Shown: positions 47,740 to 60,764, counted from the whole stretch's first letter. The stretch is DNA of 63,904 nt, filler included, from Octopus bimaculoides (GCF_001194135.2; 9 parts of 7 records of this genome joined end to end with filler, not necessarily neighbours in it); one strand, 5' to 3'. The notes: generated by a model not told the origin, from the letters alone. Made by a program: numbers and translations.

Positions 47740-49385
47740 ACCGTGATTTTATTTCTTTATGCTTTGCTCTCTTCACGTTCCTTGGATGACTCTTCTTCTG
47801 CACCTGATATAGTCCAATCAAGAGTGTTGATGGCACATCTGGTGTATAAGAGAATTTGACATCGCGGCCCGAAAATGCGTCTCATTTCGAGCCTTTGGTT
47901 CGTCTGGTATCGTGGAGAGGAAAGCGTCGAGTTTTGTCTTGAAGACCTCCACATCTGTGTCTTGCAGGTCTCTCAAATGTTTTGGCAGGGCATTGAAGGC
48001 CTGATGTCCTCTGAAACCGAGGCTGCTGCAGTATCTTGTTCTTATGTGAGATGCAGTGGACGGCATCTTTGGCACCATGCAGCGGCGACCAGTCCTTCCA
48101 GTATTTTCCATATGTAAATTAATACTTATCTCTCCCGCCTGCGTTCCAAGGAGTAGAGACCTAGTGCCTTCAGTCGCTCCCTGTAGTTCATCTGCTGGAC
48201 TGTGGCGATCTTTTTTGTATAGTGCCTCTGAATTGCCTCGAGTTCTGCTGTCCGTTTGACCACAACTGAGAGCAATAGTCTAGGCGGCTCAGGACAAATG
48301 TCTTCCATAGAGTCAGCATGAATTTTTGATCCTTTGTACGGAATGTCCTCAGTATCCACCCAGCCAGCTGTCTGCACTTTGCTGTCAACTTGACAATGTG
48401 CACGTGAAATGATGCATCACTACACATGTTGATGCCCAGGTCTCTCACGGCTTGTGGTTTTGGGATTGCAGTACTTCCAGGTCCTGTGTATGCCAGTTGG
48501 NNNNNNNNNNGAAGCCATGCAGCCATTCTCCTAATTTACCAGTTATGCCAAGGTTTAGCAGCTTGTGACATATCAAGCCATGATCAACTTTGTCAAAGAC
48601 TTTTGCAAAGTCAAGATATATCACATCAACATTTGAATGGTCAAGTAGCTGCTTCAGGACCCAGTTATAATGCTGCAGGAGCTGTGTGAGGCAGCTTCTT
48701 CCTGGCCGGAAACCATGCTGGGTCTCATTCAGCAAGTCATTTTCTTCTAGGAACGCAATCAATCTCTTTCTGACAATTCGTTCCATGACTTTGTTAGTAT
48801 GTGAAGTCAGAGAGATGGGCCTGTAGTTCCCAGCCTCTGCTCTGCTTCTGCCTTTATGGATAGGACATATAATGCCTTCCTTCAGCTCTTTGGGAAGTTT
48901 ACCATTTGCAAGGAAACTCTGGAAGATTATCCGGAGTAGTCCTGCTAATTCTTGTTTGCACGACTTTAAGAGGACAGCCGGGAAACCATCGGGGTCAGTT
49001 GCCGAATTTAAGCTCATTTCATTTATGGCAGCTATTACATCTTCCTCTTCAATGTCAATGTAGGTAATGGATGCAGTCTTTTTCTGCTGAGTGCTATTGT
49101 CAAAGAAATCAGCTGGGTTCTTTATCTGCATGTGACTCAGAGGAGAGGTGAAGACTCTCTTGAATTGTGCATGGAGCACTTCACTTATCCATGTGGGATC
49201 CGCAGTCAGTGAGCCATTAGGTAGGAATAGGGGTCCTATCTTATACTGTACCGTAGTAGACTCTTTTGCAAATCTATAGAAAGCCTTGGGATTTGGTTTT
49301 ATGCTTTCTACTGCTCTCTTCTCCTTCTCTGCTCTTTCCTTTTCATGGGAGAGTTTAATCTTGTTTTCTATTTCTAACAATTTCT
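47740..49385 (-). mobile_element. CR1/L2-group LINE ORF2 (RT through 3' end), internal gap
   Basis: Encodes NPKAFYRFAK, GPD-like DPDGFPAVLLK, NYRPISLTS, QHGFRPGRSCLTQL, VDVIYLDFAKVFDKVDH, LSRLDYCSQLW, LEAIQRHYTK, LGLYSLERRRER, LFNA-like AFNALPKHLR. Confidence 0.92.
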
Positions 49386-49431
49386 AACAGTGTTAGTTTT
49401 AATTTATGTATATATATATATGTATATATGA

Positions 49432-49464
<33 letters not shown>

Positions 49465-49790
49465 NNNNNNNNNNNNNNNNNNNNNNNNNNNNNNNNNNNN
49501 NNNNNNNNNNNNNNNNNNNNNNNNNNNNNNNNNNNNNNNNNNNNNNNNNNNNNNNNNNNNNNNNNNNNNNNNNNNNNNNNNNNNNNNNNNNNNNNNNNNN
49601 NNNNNNNNNNNNNNNNNNNNNNNNNNNNNNNNNNNNNNNNNNNNNNNNNNNNNNNNNNNNNNNNNNNNNNNNNNNNNNNNNNNNNNNNNNNNNNNNNNNN
49701 NNNNNNNNNNNNNNNNNNNNNNNNNNNNNNNNNNNNNNNNNNNNNNNNNNNNNNNNNNNNNNNNNNNNNNNNNNNNNNNNNNNNNNNNNN

Positions 49791-51322
49791 CGAACACCCG
49801 CATCGTCTGTGATTTTCGCTTGGTCAACAACTCCGCCTCAAGTATCACCGTCTTAAGCCTTGCCCGACAAAATGGATCCACCAACTCGAGACTCCGCCTA
49901 GAATACAGTTACATATTTACACTGCATAACCAAACCCTTTTCCGACTAAACACAACTCCTCCTCTCAGAAATTGTACCTACGACCTTACAAAAAAATTTA
50001 AGATATTTTATTTTTTAAATATGTTTTATTTATTTTTTTTATTTGATTATTTTTATCATTTATTCTTTTATTCGGTTACTTCTTATTGGTTTAATCCAAT
50101 TTTTGAAGATTGTTTTATTTTATTTCTGTTACTATTTAATTCATTTGTTTTGACTTTTTTTAAATTTTTTTATTTGCATTTTCAAATTGTATTTATTTAG
50201 TTTTATTATTTCTGTTTTTATTTTACCAATTTTTATTTATTGTTTGTCATTAATCACATGTACTTTTTATTTTCATTATTAATTGCATTAATTCTTTATA
50301 TTTTATATTCCCATACAACACAACGCACACACGACAAACAGACCACTCACATCTCACACATACACATGCACTCACACGCGCGCGCACATACGACACACAC
50401 ACATACACACACACGCACGCACACACGCACACATGCACGCTCACACACATGCACACGCAAACGCACACACACTCGCGCACACGAACGCACTATACCTCCA
50501 CAAAAACAATCCTCCACACACACTACCCGCCACACACGCAACCTTCCACACACACTTGCACACACATGTACACAAAACACATACAACACAGCATCCACAA
50601 CCCATACACACGCACACGTATACATGCACGAACACACTTGCACACGTACACACAAACACCCTCAAACACGCAAACACATATATATGGAGGGACAGAGTGA
50701 CATACAGAGATAGGTACGCACACATTTATACAGAGAGAGCGAAAGAATTAGGCACTGAGATACACACATCCACACACACCCGAACACACTGATACACACA
50801 TTCACTCTCATTTCAGGTACACTCACACACACACACACACACACAAACACACATACAATAAACACACACATACACACATCCACCAATTCACACACCTTTC
50901 AGACTGCCCAATCTCACCATTGACCATTCCATCTACACACATTTGCTAAAACACACATACACTGCTACACCCACCAAAAACACCTGTCAATATAGCTGTT
51001 GATCTCTGACCACGACTTTAAAATCACAATTACCATCTTACACACACATGATACCACGCGCACACACACACATGTCACCGCAGTCACACGTGTGCACACA
51101 CACACACACACACATACACATATAAATCATCTATTCTTCACTCTCTCCTTTGTCCTCCTACTTCAAGTCATTCCAAAAACATAAACTACATGTGGTCTGT
51201 TGGCGTCTTCTTTTCCCTCCTTCCACATTTCTCTTTGGACTGTCATGTGTTTCCTGTTTCCAAAAGAAGAGCTATGCTCGAAACGTAAAACAGCAACATT
51301 TTTACCTTCTTTGAACCGTCTT

Positions 51323-51325
<3 letters not shown>
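49791..51325 (+). mobile_element. Penelope-like element 3' end, bloated by AT-rich and (CA)n tracts
   Basis: 49791-49975 reads SITVLSLARQNGSTNSRLRLEYSYIFTLHNQTLFRLN, homologous to the GIY-YIG C-terminus at 5090-5210. It ends with a gaagagctatgctcgaaacgt motif. Continuity between the two ends is inferred. Confidence 0.55.
51254..51293 (+). ncRNA. minimal hammerhead-ribozyme-like motif (degenerate core)
   Basis: CTGTTT-CCAAAAGA-A-GAGC-TAT-GCTC-GAAA-CGTA-AAACAG: helix I and helix II pair and GAAA-CGUH is present, but the CUGANGA core is damaged. Confidence 0.45.
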
Positions 51326-51363
<38 letters not shown>

Positions 51364-52865
51364 NNNNNNNNNNNNNNNNNNNNNNNNNNNNNNNNNNNNN
51401 NNNNNNNTTAATTAATTAANNNNNNNNNNNNNNNNNNNNNNNNNNNNNNNNNNNNNNNNNNNNCTGTCTCACTAGGTACTTGCTGGCCCTGTTACTGCAG
51501 ATGCCACTTAAAATGCATTCAGTCCACACTGTAAAGTGGTTAGTGTTTGGAATGGATGAAAGCAAAGCTGACANNNNNNNNNNNNNNNNNNNNNNNNNNN
51601 NNNNNNNNNNNNNNNNNNNNNNNNNNNNNNNNNNNNNNNNNTTTTCTGGTGCAGTAACAATTCTGCCAACTGACAACCTCAAATTCATAATGATAATAAT
51701 CCTTTCCACTAAAGGCACAAGGCCTGAAATTTGGTGGGCGGGGGGTAATAAATCACATCAATCTCAGTACTCGACTGGTACTCAATTTATCAACCCTGAA
51801 AGGTTGAAAGGCAAAGTCAACCTTCACAGATTTTGAACTCAGAACATGAAACCACACGAATTGCCATTAAGCATTTTGCCTGGATGCTAAACATTCTGCT
51901 AGTTCAACACCGTAATAATATAGTTCTATAGTCCACCATAGAAAGTCTGATTCAATACATTCTATATGACCCANNNNNNNNNNTCTATAGTCCACCATAG
52001 AAAGTCTGATTCAATACATTCTATATGACCCATGCCAAATCAGACAGTTGGAGCCTGGTGCAGCTCCCCCCTTTGGTAGCTCTGGTCAAATCCAACCAAA
52101 CCATTCCTGTATGAAAAACAGATGTTAAATGATGATGATGATGATATTGTAACAAAAATAATAATCAAAAATGTGAAATCTGAAAATACTTTTGTTTTCA
52201 ACTTGAATAGGTTGGCGNNNNNNNNNNNNNNNNNNNNNNNNNNNNNNNNNNNNNNNNNNNNNNNNNNNNNNNNNNNNNNNNNNNNNNNNNNNNNNNNNNN
52301 NNNNNNNNNNNNNNNNNNNNNNNNNNNNNNNNNNNNNNNNNNNNNNNNNNNNNNNNNNNNNNNNNNNNNNNNNNNNNNNNNNNNNNNNNNNNNNNNNNNN
52401 NNNNNNNNNNNNNNNNNNNNNNNNNNNNNNNNNNNNNNNNNNNNNNNNNNNNNNNNNNNNNNNNNNNNNNNNNNNNNNNNNNNNNNNNNNNNNNNNNNNN
52501 NNNNNNNNNNNNNNNNNNNNNNNNNNNNNNNNNNNNNNNNNNNNNNNNNNNNNNNNNNNNNNNNNNNNNNNNNNNNNNNNNNNNNNNNNNNNNNNNNNNN
52601 NNNNNNNNNNNNNNNNNNNNNNNNNNNNNNNNNNNNNNNNNNNNNNNNNNNNNNNNNNNNNNNNNNNNNNNNNNNNNNNNNNNNNNNNNNNNNNNNNNNN
52701 NNNNNNNNNNNNNNNNNNNNNNNNNNNNNNNNNNNNTGGGTAAGTGGAGTAACAAACCTTTTTCTCATCTTAAACTATGGAAAAGCAGGTGATGATGAAA
52801 ATTCGATACTGAAACCTTTCATATGGGAAACCAGTCAATAATAGTGATTCATATATTTATTGCAG

Positions 52866-53117
52866 GAAAAGTTGTGCTCGGAACAAGTATCACGCTTCTT
52901 GTTGACAAGATGCCCTATATAGAAAGGCCTGTTGTCTGGAGAAATCGGGTCCGTAATGTTGAGTGCAATATCTCATACTGTGAGTATGACAAATATGTAG
53001 TTAGGCAGAGTGAGAGGACTTCTACTCTCTACATCGTGAATATAACCAGAGAAGATTTGTTTTGGAGATTTCATGACAACAGTTCCTGTAATGCAACTGG
53101 TACTTTGGTGACAGAAG
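52866..53117 (+). CDS. internal coding exon (252 bp, phase 1-1) encoding an atypical Ig-like extracellular domain
   Basis: Acceptor tttattgcag|G and donor GAAG|gtaagg; open frame. Peptide has VVWR (C-strand Trp), STLYIVNITRED (Ig E-strand/D motif) and four N-glycosylation sequons (NIS, NIT, NSS, NAT). Other exons not found. Confidence 0.7.
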
Positions 53118-53657
53118 GTAAGGAAATGACTTCTGTTATTAATAATAATAATAATTCTTTATAATTCATGCACAAAGTCATCGGTTTCAGGTGGAGGAGG
53201 TTCCTTGATTATGTCAATTTGAGTCTATTTGGCTGGTACTTTGTATCATGAGCCTCAAAAGGATTAAAGGCAAAGCTGACATTGGGATGCATTTGAATTC
53301 AGGAGTTGAATTGTCAGAAGAAACACCATTGAATATATTTTCTGGTGCTGTAACAATTCTGCCAGCTCACAACCTCAAATTCATAATAATAATGATTATA
53401 ATTATTTTTATTTCAAATTTTTCCACAAGGGCAGCTTGGGGGAAGTAGGGATGAGTCAATTACATCAACCCCAGTGTTCAACTGGTACTTATTTNNNNNN
53501 NNNNNNNNNNNNNNNNNNNNNNNNNNNNNNNNNNNNNNNNNNNNNNNNNNNNNNNNNNNNNNNNNNNNNNNNNNNNNNNNNNNNNAGCACCTTGTCCAGC
53601 GTGCTAACAATTCTACTAGCCCACCACCTTAATAATAATAATAACAATAATAATAAT

Positions 53658-53786
53658 GATATGTGGAAATTATTGACTGGAATACTCGCAGAGTCAATGT
53701 ACAAACATCTAGGGAAAAAAATGGAGTCCTGCCATGTGAGCAGAAGGGTTGCAAGCGTAAGTGCAGAAGTACCAAGGATCAACTCC
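53658..53786 (+). mobile_element. R4/Dong-type LINE RT fragment
   Basis: Encodes MWKLLTGILAESMYKHL and, after a frameshift, VLPCEQKGCKRKCRSTKDQL. Confidence 0.75.
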
Positions 53787-53966
53787 NNNNNNNNNNNNNN
53801 NNNNNNNNNNNNNNNNNNNNNNNNNNNNNNTTAATTAATTAANNNNNNNNNNNNNNNNNNNNNNNNNNNNNNNNNNNNNNNNNNNNTGTGTCTGGAAATA
53901 TATACAGCTGAAAGCAGTTGGTCGGTGATACAAAAACGCAAAAATGTACGCGCGTGCGCGCACACA

Positions 53967-53998
<32 letters not shown>

Positions 53999-54009
53999 TA
54001 GATTCGATA

Positions 54010-54150
54010 TCTTGGCTCTCCTCCGCTTTGCTGAAATCAGTCCTCGCTCTCAAATATTTCTCTTTTTCCAGGGTATTCCACTTGCAAATAACTGGAGTAG
54101 CCATTGGCAACAGAATGGATCCTAACTGCACCAACTTTTTATTGGTTATT
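54010..54150 (+). mobile_element. Penelope-like RT fragment
   Basis: LLRFAE / VLALKYFSFSRVFHLQITGVAIGNRMDPNCTN resembles the PLE RT motif VLxxNxFxFxxxxYxQxxGxAMGxxxxPxxAN. Confidence 0.6.
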
Positions 54151-54779
54151 TTCAAACCTTGATCTTCGTCGATTTAACTAGATCCACCTCCACCCCAGGG
54201 ATGTAAACTCTATCTTTCTGTCTTTGTTTTTTGGGGTGTTCTTTTGTTTTATTGTTCTTTCTTCTTTCTTTCCTTCTTACTTTTCCCCATCTTTACTTCT
54301 TCATGACCTCAGCATATGACAAAATGTAGTGGCGCCACCTTGATACAGGGAGTGTTTCAGGACATTCTAAATCAGGCGGAGCCCATCTCTCTCTAGTTTT
54401 GAACATAGTTGTTTTCTCCAAATGAGAGACAGACAGCTAGAAACAGAGGCTGACAGGCACACAGAGAGAGAGACAGGCAGACACAGACAGAGAAATAGGG
54501 AGACAGACAAATTGAAAGACAAACAGATGGAGAGGAATCGATCCCAGGTCATCTGGTCTAAAAATATGTTCTTCATCAAATGCCAACTCTGTACTTTGGT
54601 TTATTATATAGAGAGAAATAAGTCGGAGGCCTGCGAATTGTTAAGCCATTGTGTTACCGTATTTCTGTCGAAATACCCTACCTTTGATTCAATTAATTTT
54701 CAAAATAATGAAAAACTTAGTAAAATAATTTTCTCTTTTCTTTCTTTTTTTTTTTTTGCCATTATTAAGTTTATGTATA

Positions 54780-55250
54780 AGGCGGCGAGCTGGCAGAACC
54801 ATTAGCATGCTGGGCAAAATGTTTAGCGGCATTTCGTACGTCTTTACGTTCTGAATTCAAATTCCGCTGAGGTCGATCTTGCCTCTCGTCCTTTCGGGGT
54901 CGATGAAATAAGTACCAGTTACGCACTGGGGACGATGTAATCGACTTATCACATCTCCCGAAACTGCTGGCCTAGTGCCAAAATTTAAAATCATCATCAT
55001 CATCATTAATATTATTATTATCATTCGTATTATGAAGATGAGCTGGCAGAATTGTATCCACACCAGGCAAAATGCTTTATGGCATTTCGTCCGTCATTAG
55101 GTTCCGAGTTCAAATTCTGCCGAGGTCAACTTTGCCTTTCATCCTTTCGGGGGAGGTCGATAAAATGAGTACCAGTTGAACACTGGGGTCGATGTAATCA
55201 ACTCATTCCCATTCCCTGAAACTGCTTGGCCATGCGGCAAAATTTGAAAT
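54780..55250 (+). mobile_element. two tandem SINE family B copies (about 54780-54990 and 55040-55250)
   Basis: Both have the gagctggcagaa head and aagtaccagtt..actgggg.cgatgtaatc body. Confidence 0.85.
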
Positions 55251-56382
55251 CCTTATTAATTTGTTGTTTGGAACATAAATTAACATGGAATTTTAATGGA
55301 AGATTTTAATTTAGATTGCTTTAAAACAAAAAGTTTGTATCAGAGAAACAGAAGTATTTTCAGGTGGATTTGTATCAAAAGGGTAAACACACATCATTTA
55401 TCTCCCCTTTCCATTACATGCCCTTATCATNNNNNNNNNNNNNNNNNNNNNNNNNNNNNNNNNNNNNNNNNNNNNNNNNNNNNNNNNNNNNNNNNNNNNN
55501 NNNNNNNNNNNNNNNNNNNNNNNNNNNNNNNNNNNNNNNNNNNNNNNNNNNNNNNNNNNNNNNNNNNNNNNNNNNNNNNNNNNNNNNNNNNNNNNNNNNN
55601 NNNNNNNNNNNNNNNNNNNNNNNNNNNNNNNNNNNNNNNNNNNNNNNNNNNNNNNNNNNNNNNNNNNNNNNNNNNNNNNNNNNNNNNNNNNNNNNNNNNN
55701 NNNNNNNNNNNNNNNNNNNNNNNNNNNNNNNNNNNNNNNNNNNNNNNNNNNNNNNNNNNNNNNNNNNNNNNNNNNNNNNNNNNNNNNNNNNNNNNNNNNN
55801 NNNNNNNNNNNNNNNNNNNNNNNNNNNNNNNNNNNNNNNNNNNNNNNNNNNNNNNNNNNNNNNNNNNNNNNNNNNNNNNNNNNNNNNNNNNNNNNNNNNN
55901 NNNNNNNNNNNNNNNNNNNNNNNNNNNNNNNNNNNNNNNNNNNNNNNNNNNNNNNNNNNNNNNNNNNNNNNNNNNNNNNNNNNNNNNNNNNNNNNNNNNN
56001 NNNNNNNNNNNNNNNNNNNNNNNNNNNNNNNNNNNNNNNNNNNNNNNNNNNNNNNNNNNNNNNNNNNNNNNNNNNNNNNNNNNNNNNNNNNNNNNNNNNN
56101 NNNNNNNNNNNNNNNNNNNNNNNNNNNNNNNNNNNNNNNNNNNNNNNNNNNNNNNNNNNNNNNNNNNNNNNNNNNNNNNNNNNNNNNNNNNNNNNNNNNN
56201 NNNNNNNNNNNNNNNNNNNNNNNNNNNNNNNNNNNNNNNNNNNNNNNNNNNNNNNNNNNNNNNNNNNNNNNNNNNNNNNNNNNNNNNNNNNNNNNNNNNN
56301 NNNNNNNNNNNNNNNNNNNNNNNNNNNNNNNNNNNNNNNNNNNNNNNNNNNNNNNNNNNNNNNNNNNNNNNNNNNNNCTTCT

Positions 56383-56426
<44 letters not shown>

Positions 56427-56487
56427 TGTGTATGTGTGTGTGTGTAGATAGATAGATAGATACATACATACATACATACATACACAC

Positions 56488-56535
<48 letters not shown>

Positions 56536-56623
56536 GAGAATATACAAAAAATAACAACAGACGAGGACAGGTGGTGTAAATAACAAAAGTAATTATTAGT
56601 ATGACGCTCGGGAATACGGAAAG

Positions 56624-56660
56624 TCTTTGACGTTTCGAGCTACGCTCTTCAACAGAAAGA
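56624..56660 (-). ncRNA. minimal hammerhead-ribozyme-like motif in a Penelope-type terminus
   Basis: Minus strand TCTTT-CTGTTGA-A-GAGC-GTA-GCTC-GAAA-CGTC-AAAGA. One core substitution (CUGUUGA); helices I and II intact; GUC cleavage triplet. Confidence 0.55.
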
Positions 56661-57157
56661 ATACGGAGACAAGGAGAAAAACACGGAGAAAAAAAATTGA
56701 ATAGTGTTCAGTCAACGGTCAAAGTCACACAAGCATATACACAGACATAAACACAGACACACACACACATAGATATATACATATTTATATGTTAGCCCTA
56801 GGTCTTATAAGGCCAGTTACCGGTCTCCGTGGCAGTTAAGTGACCGAGATCACCAGAACGTTCTTCCCTGAACAGGACAGCGGTCTGATGCAGAGTAAAT
56901 AACCGAGTTTCATTCCTTTAATCACCTAACATACCCTCCCTCCCTACAGACACACCCAACTACTCAGCTCACAGCGTTCCTTCCACGCCCACCCTTCTCG
57001 TCCATGCCTAAGTATATGATGCTTCGTTCAAAACGCCCATACATTGCTGCGCCTTATTCACGCCTACAATTTATACATTAGAGCTTTCTCGTTATGACGA
57101 TCACATATACATAAAGATATACACTCTCATACACACACGTACATACACATACACTTT

Positions 57158-57188
<31 letters not shown>

Positions 57189-57405
57189 GTATACACACAC
57201 ACACAAATACGTATACACACACACACACACACGCAAATACGTATACACACACACATATATATACATATATTTTCAAACTCTTCACGAGACTATTTACACA
57301 TCCACGATCTCTCTCACACATACACATACACACATGTACACGTGCGTTCTCACACACGCCTATACATGCACATACATTATCCCCCACCCACGATATCTCT
57401 TTGTC

Positions 57406-57472
<67 letters not shown>

Positions 57473-57570
57473 TCCTCACACACATATACCTGCACGCGTA
57501 CACATACACATACACATACATTCTTATACACTTCTATACTGAACACACACGCAATCTAAACACACGCACT

Positions 57571-57613
<43 letters not shown>

Positions 57614-57809
57614 CTCTAAACAAATACACACCTGTATTCTCTCTCACACACATTCACCCTCACACTTCACTTCCACTAGTGCACATCCGCAATTTCACAC
57701 CCGCACAACACATACATACATACATACATACACACATACATACTCGCACACACTTCATAATACTATAACACAGACGCAATCTTTCTCTTCCTCCCCCTTT
57801 CCCTCTCTT

Positions 57810-57859
<50 letters not shown>

Positions 57860-58019
57860 TCACACACTTCAATATATTTCACCCACGCAAGCTTCCTTCG
57901 GGGATTCTCACTGACTCTCCTCACTTCCTGTCCGCCATTGTTCAACAGGTTTTGTCTTTGATAATTGCACATTGCTGTTTTCCTTCTTAATCTCTTTTTC
58001 ATTGTTATCATCATCATCA

Positions 58020-58051
<32 letters not shown>

Positions 58052-58656
58052 GCCTTTCTTCTCTTCACATCTATCTTGACAAAGGAACAACTCCCTCACA
58101 CAACCATTTCACTTCCTTTCACTCACAGCGTAGTATGTTGACTTTGTAAGCTTCTCCGATGTCTTTTTTTTATTATTTCTTTTTAATATTGATATGTGTG
58201 TGTGTGTTTTATCTTATTTGTGCTGGTGACTCAAGAACGGAATTGTTAGCGCCTTGTAGGCATGGCACTAAGTATCTCTTAGACAAATACCAGCCTCCTT
58301 GAATTTCGTCCGGCTTCGGAAAAAAAAACATTTGTTTCGAGATGTTTAATTAATATACGTCTAATTAATATATGCGCATTTATATATGCGTGTATGTATG
58401 TGTACGTTAGCATGTGTGTGTGTGAGCACGCGCGTGCGTTTTCGTGCGTGTATGTGTTTGTATATGTGTATGTATGTATATGTGCATATAATATATGTGT
58501 ATGCGTGCGCGAGTGAATGTATGCATATGTATGAACACACACGCACACATACACACGCACTCATATACATATGTTTATATATATATATATATATATATAC
58601 ATGTGTATGTGCGTGCTCTTGTGTGCGTGTATGCGTATGTATATATATGCATAATG

Positions 58657-58715
<59 letters not shown>

Positions 58716-60052
58716 ATATTGATATATGTGTATACGTGTACATGTGTCGGCAAATGCATATATACAGGCGCATGCAAAACGCACGCGCGTACATACACGC
58801 ACAAATGCACACACACACATCTTTTGTTTTAAAACGATGACAGTAAAATATTATGTTGTATCTCGGGATGTATCTTATTACGCCAATAATAAACACACGC
58901 ACTGGTTTGAATTTCACTTCCTTGTTATTTGTCAATTTGGTTAATAGATCAATATTACTGAAGCAACCAGCACGATTTCACGAGGAAAATTATTATGAAT
59001 ATCTCGTTTGTATGAAATTTAAGGTGTTTAGAATATTTCAAGAGAGTCAGAAATTAAATGAAAAACGTTAGTTTGAAGCAGCCATTTTTGAAGGTTACCT
59101 GCAGGGCTTTGTTCTTTTTCCTTTTAAAGAGAACATACAGATAAGCATTTTCTTCATAACATTCAAATAATATTTCGAAAATATATTCAAAAAGTAAATC
59201 TTTCAAAAGATATACGTATATATGTATTGTTTGCTTATACATATCTATATATGAACACAAACACACACATACGCATACATACATACATACATTCATGCTT
59301 CCATGCATATATAATTTATTTAAGGTAAGGAACGTAGCAGAGTACAAAATAGAGCTCGTTCATCCTGAGAATGATCAAATAGCCGGTAGTATTACGGTAT
59401 CCTTCCTAGTTTAGGTTTAGGCATTCTTCGCGTGTGAAAATAACATAAGTGATTATTAAATAACAGTCTAACCGTACTCCTCCTTGTTGACTGTTATCTT
59501 ATTCAATTTTACACACATACATACATTCATGTATGTATGTATATATGAATGTATGTATGTATACACACACAGGCACACAACGTATTTGATGGCATACAAG
59601 ATGCAGTTTTTAAAACAAAAATGTGTTATAAAAATGATCCTGAGTTCGATATGCGAATTTGCTTTAAATATTGGTTTCAAATTTTGGCACAAAGGTCAGC
59701 AATTGCAAGTGGGGCAGTAAGTTGAACTTACTTCATCGTCCCCGAAGAGATGAAAATCAAAAGCGAACATCAGCGAAATTCGAACTCAGAACAAAGACAG
59801 ACGAAACGTTACTACGAATTTCGCCCGGCCCGCTAGCGATTCTACCATATCATCGTCTTAATTTGCTTTAAACATTAGCATGCTTTAATACTCTGAAAGC
59901 TATTCTTTCTGACTCTGTGCTGCTGCACCTAGTGTGCATTAAATGTACCTGTTTACTATAAACGTAAACAAACAAACGAAGTTTGCTTTGAGAAGCGTTG
60001 AGCTGTCTTAGAAAGTTACAGAAGTGATTTAAAATTCTCAATCGCAGAATAA

Positions 60053-60184
60053 TGCTAATAATATAGCCTGAACAGGATAAGCTACCCCTATTTTGCAGAA
60101 AAAAGTGTAGGTGCGTAACTATGCACCTACACTTTTTTCTGCAAAATAGGGGTAGTTTATCCTGTTCAGGCTATATTATTAGCA
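60053..60184. repeat. near-perfect palindrome (about 65-bp arms, 2-nt loop)
   Basis: 60053-60117 is the reverse complement of 60120-60184 except at two positions. Confidence 0.95.
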
Positions 60185-60354
60185 ATGCCTGTGTATGTTT
60201 TTCTTTTTGCTATCAAATACGGAATATACTTTTTTTTCTCCTTCAAGCTAGGACACTGCGATGGTAAATTATCTACTAACTCGCACTCCACTGAGAGAGG
60301 ATCGTTAGGAGGTTAGACACGAGCTGTTAAATATTGTTTAAATTAAAATTATCT

Positions 60355-60701
60355 TTTTCTTGTTTCATTCATCAGACTGCGGCCATGCTGGGGCACTGCC
60401 TCGAAGAACTTTTAGTCGAGTGAATCGGCCCCAGGACTTAATATTTTTTAAAACCTGGTACTTGTTTTGTCGAACCGCTAAGTTTCGTAAACTAAACACA
60501 TCAACACCGGTTGCCAAGCGGTGGTGGTTGGCAAACACTGACACAATCATACATACACATACACACACATATACATACATATTTATATATGACGGGCTTC
60601 TTTCAGTTTCCGTCTGCCAAATCCACTCACAAAGCTTTGGTCGACCCGAGGCTATAGTAGAATACACTAGCTCAAGGAGCCTCGCAGTTCACAGTTGAGG
60701 A

Positions 60702-60764
<63 letters not shown>

